From a virus (taxonomy: Duplodnaviria; Caudoviricetes): a stretch of 63,708 nucleotides of DNA. The stretch spans positions 1 to 63,708 of IMG/VR virus record IMGVR_UViG_3300042938_000824. One strand, given 5' to 3'. Position 1 is the stretch's first letter. Each line of letters starts with the position of its first letter. The position numbers and the translations under genes are program-made. Shown piece after piece: positions 63,263 through 63,708 of this stretch. The notes under the pieces were generated by a model. That model had not been told where the DNA came from, did not search any database, and was given only the letters and a program-made list of their open reading frames with translations.

Positions 63263-63708
63263 ATGGACAAATTCCCTCTCGAAGACGCCCGCGCCCGTTG
63301 CACCGACCTCCGGCTGCGGCTTTTCAATAATGGGTTCTATCCCCTACCCAACGAGAACAAGATACCCCGCCTCAAGGATTGGTCTCGCATTGAGATCACC
63401 GAGGACATGATCCGGTCTCGGACGTGGGCGCGCTCGAACAAGACCCGCGACACCGGCATACGCTGCGGCGATGTGATCGCAATCGACTGGGACATAAACG
63501 ACAAGGGCCTGCTCAACGACCTGCTCGACCTCGCGGTCGACCAGAAGATCATCCCCGAAAGCCCCTTCGTCCGCATCGGCATGAAGCCGCGCGAGATGTG
63601 GATTTATCGGACCGAAGAAAAGATCGGCAAGCGCAGCACCGGCTTCTTCGCCCGCCCCGGCGCTGACCCCGACGACAAGTCGGAGCAGGTAGAAATTCTG
63701 GGTGCCGG
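63263..63708 (+). CDS. Primase-helicase N-terminal Prim-Pol-like domain (continues at window start)
   Basis: GAGG RBS; G..PLP...K.P....W, TGIRCG.V.AID.D; in frame with ORF 15-2045. Confidence 0.85.
   Translation, partial: MDKFPLEDARARCTDLRLRLFNNGFYPLPNENKIPRLKDWSRIEITEDMIRSRTWARSNKTRDTGIRCGDVIAIDWDINDKGLLNDLLDLAVDQKIIPESPFVRIGMKPREMWIYRTEEKIGKRSTGFFARPGADPDDKSEQVEILGA

Noticed and set aside
63582-63708. Terminal direct repeat as a biological genome end
   Set aside because: Exactly 127 bp (a common assembler k-mer size) and it splits the primase ORF, so it is best explained as circular-assembly overlap
1-63708. tRNA genes, introns/inteins, diversity-generating retroelement, alternative genetic code
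   Set aside because: No cloverleaf, splice motifs or reverse transcriptase seen; genes are intact in the standard code and use all three stop codons

Overview
This is an apparently complete, circularly permuted dsDNA phage genome of about 63.6 kb. Positions 1-127 repeat exactly at 63582-63708 (assembly overlap), and the cut falls inside the primase-helicase gene. The gene set is podovirus-like and the host is probably an alphaproteobacterium (GcrA and GapR homologues; sigma70-type promoters mostly lacking the -7 T). Layout: primase-helicase and lysis cassette (+, 1-3.8 kb); a long late operon (-, 3.8-44.4 kb) with TerS/TerL, portal, GroES-like chaperone, scaffold, capsid, fibres, adaptors, nozzle, ejection proteins and a 3381-aa polyvalent protein; an early region built from repeated promoter/hairpin/RBS cassettes (+, 44.5-47.4 kb); a 122-bp palindrome; regulators and anti-defence genes (Acb2-like, ArdA-like, Mom-like); and a PolA/DUF2800/SSB/VRR-NUC/SNF2 replication module. 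I found no integrase, tRNA or CRISPR array. The most striking signal is two small genes, each with its own Shine-Dalgarno site, nested in the +1 frame inside the giant polyvalent gene. They sit between its two intact-looking effector domains, while three other enzyme-like domains with no nested partner have lost their catalytic motifs. This suggests a hidden nested effector-immunity system. All family assignments come from motif recognition by eye, not from database searches.
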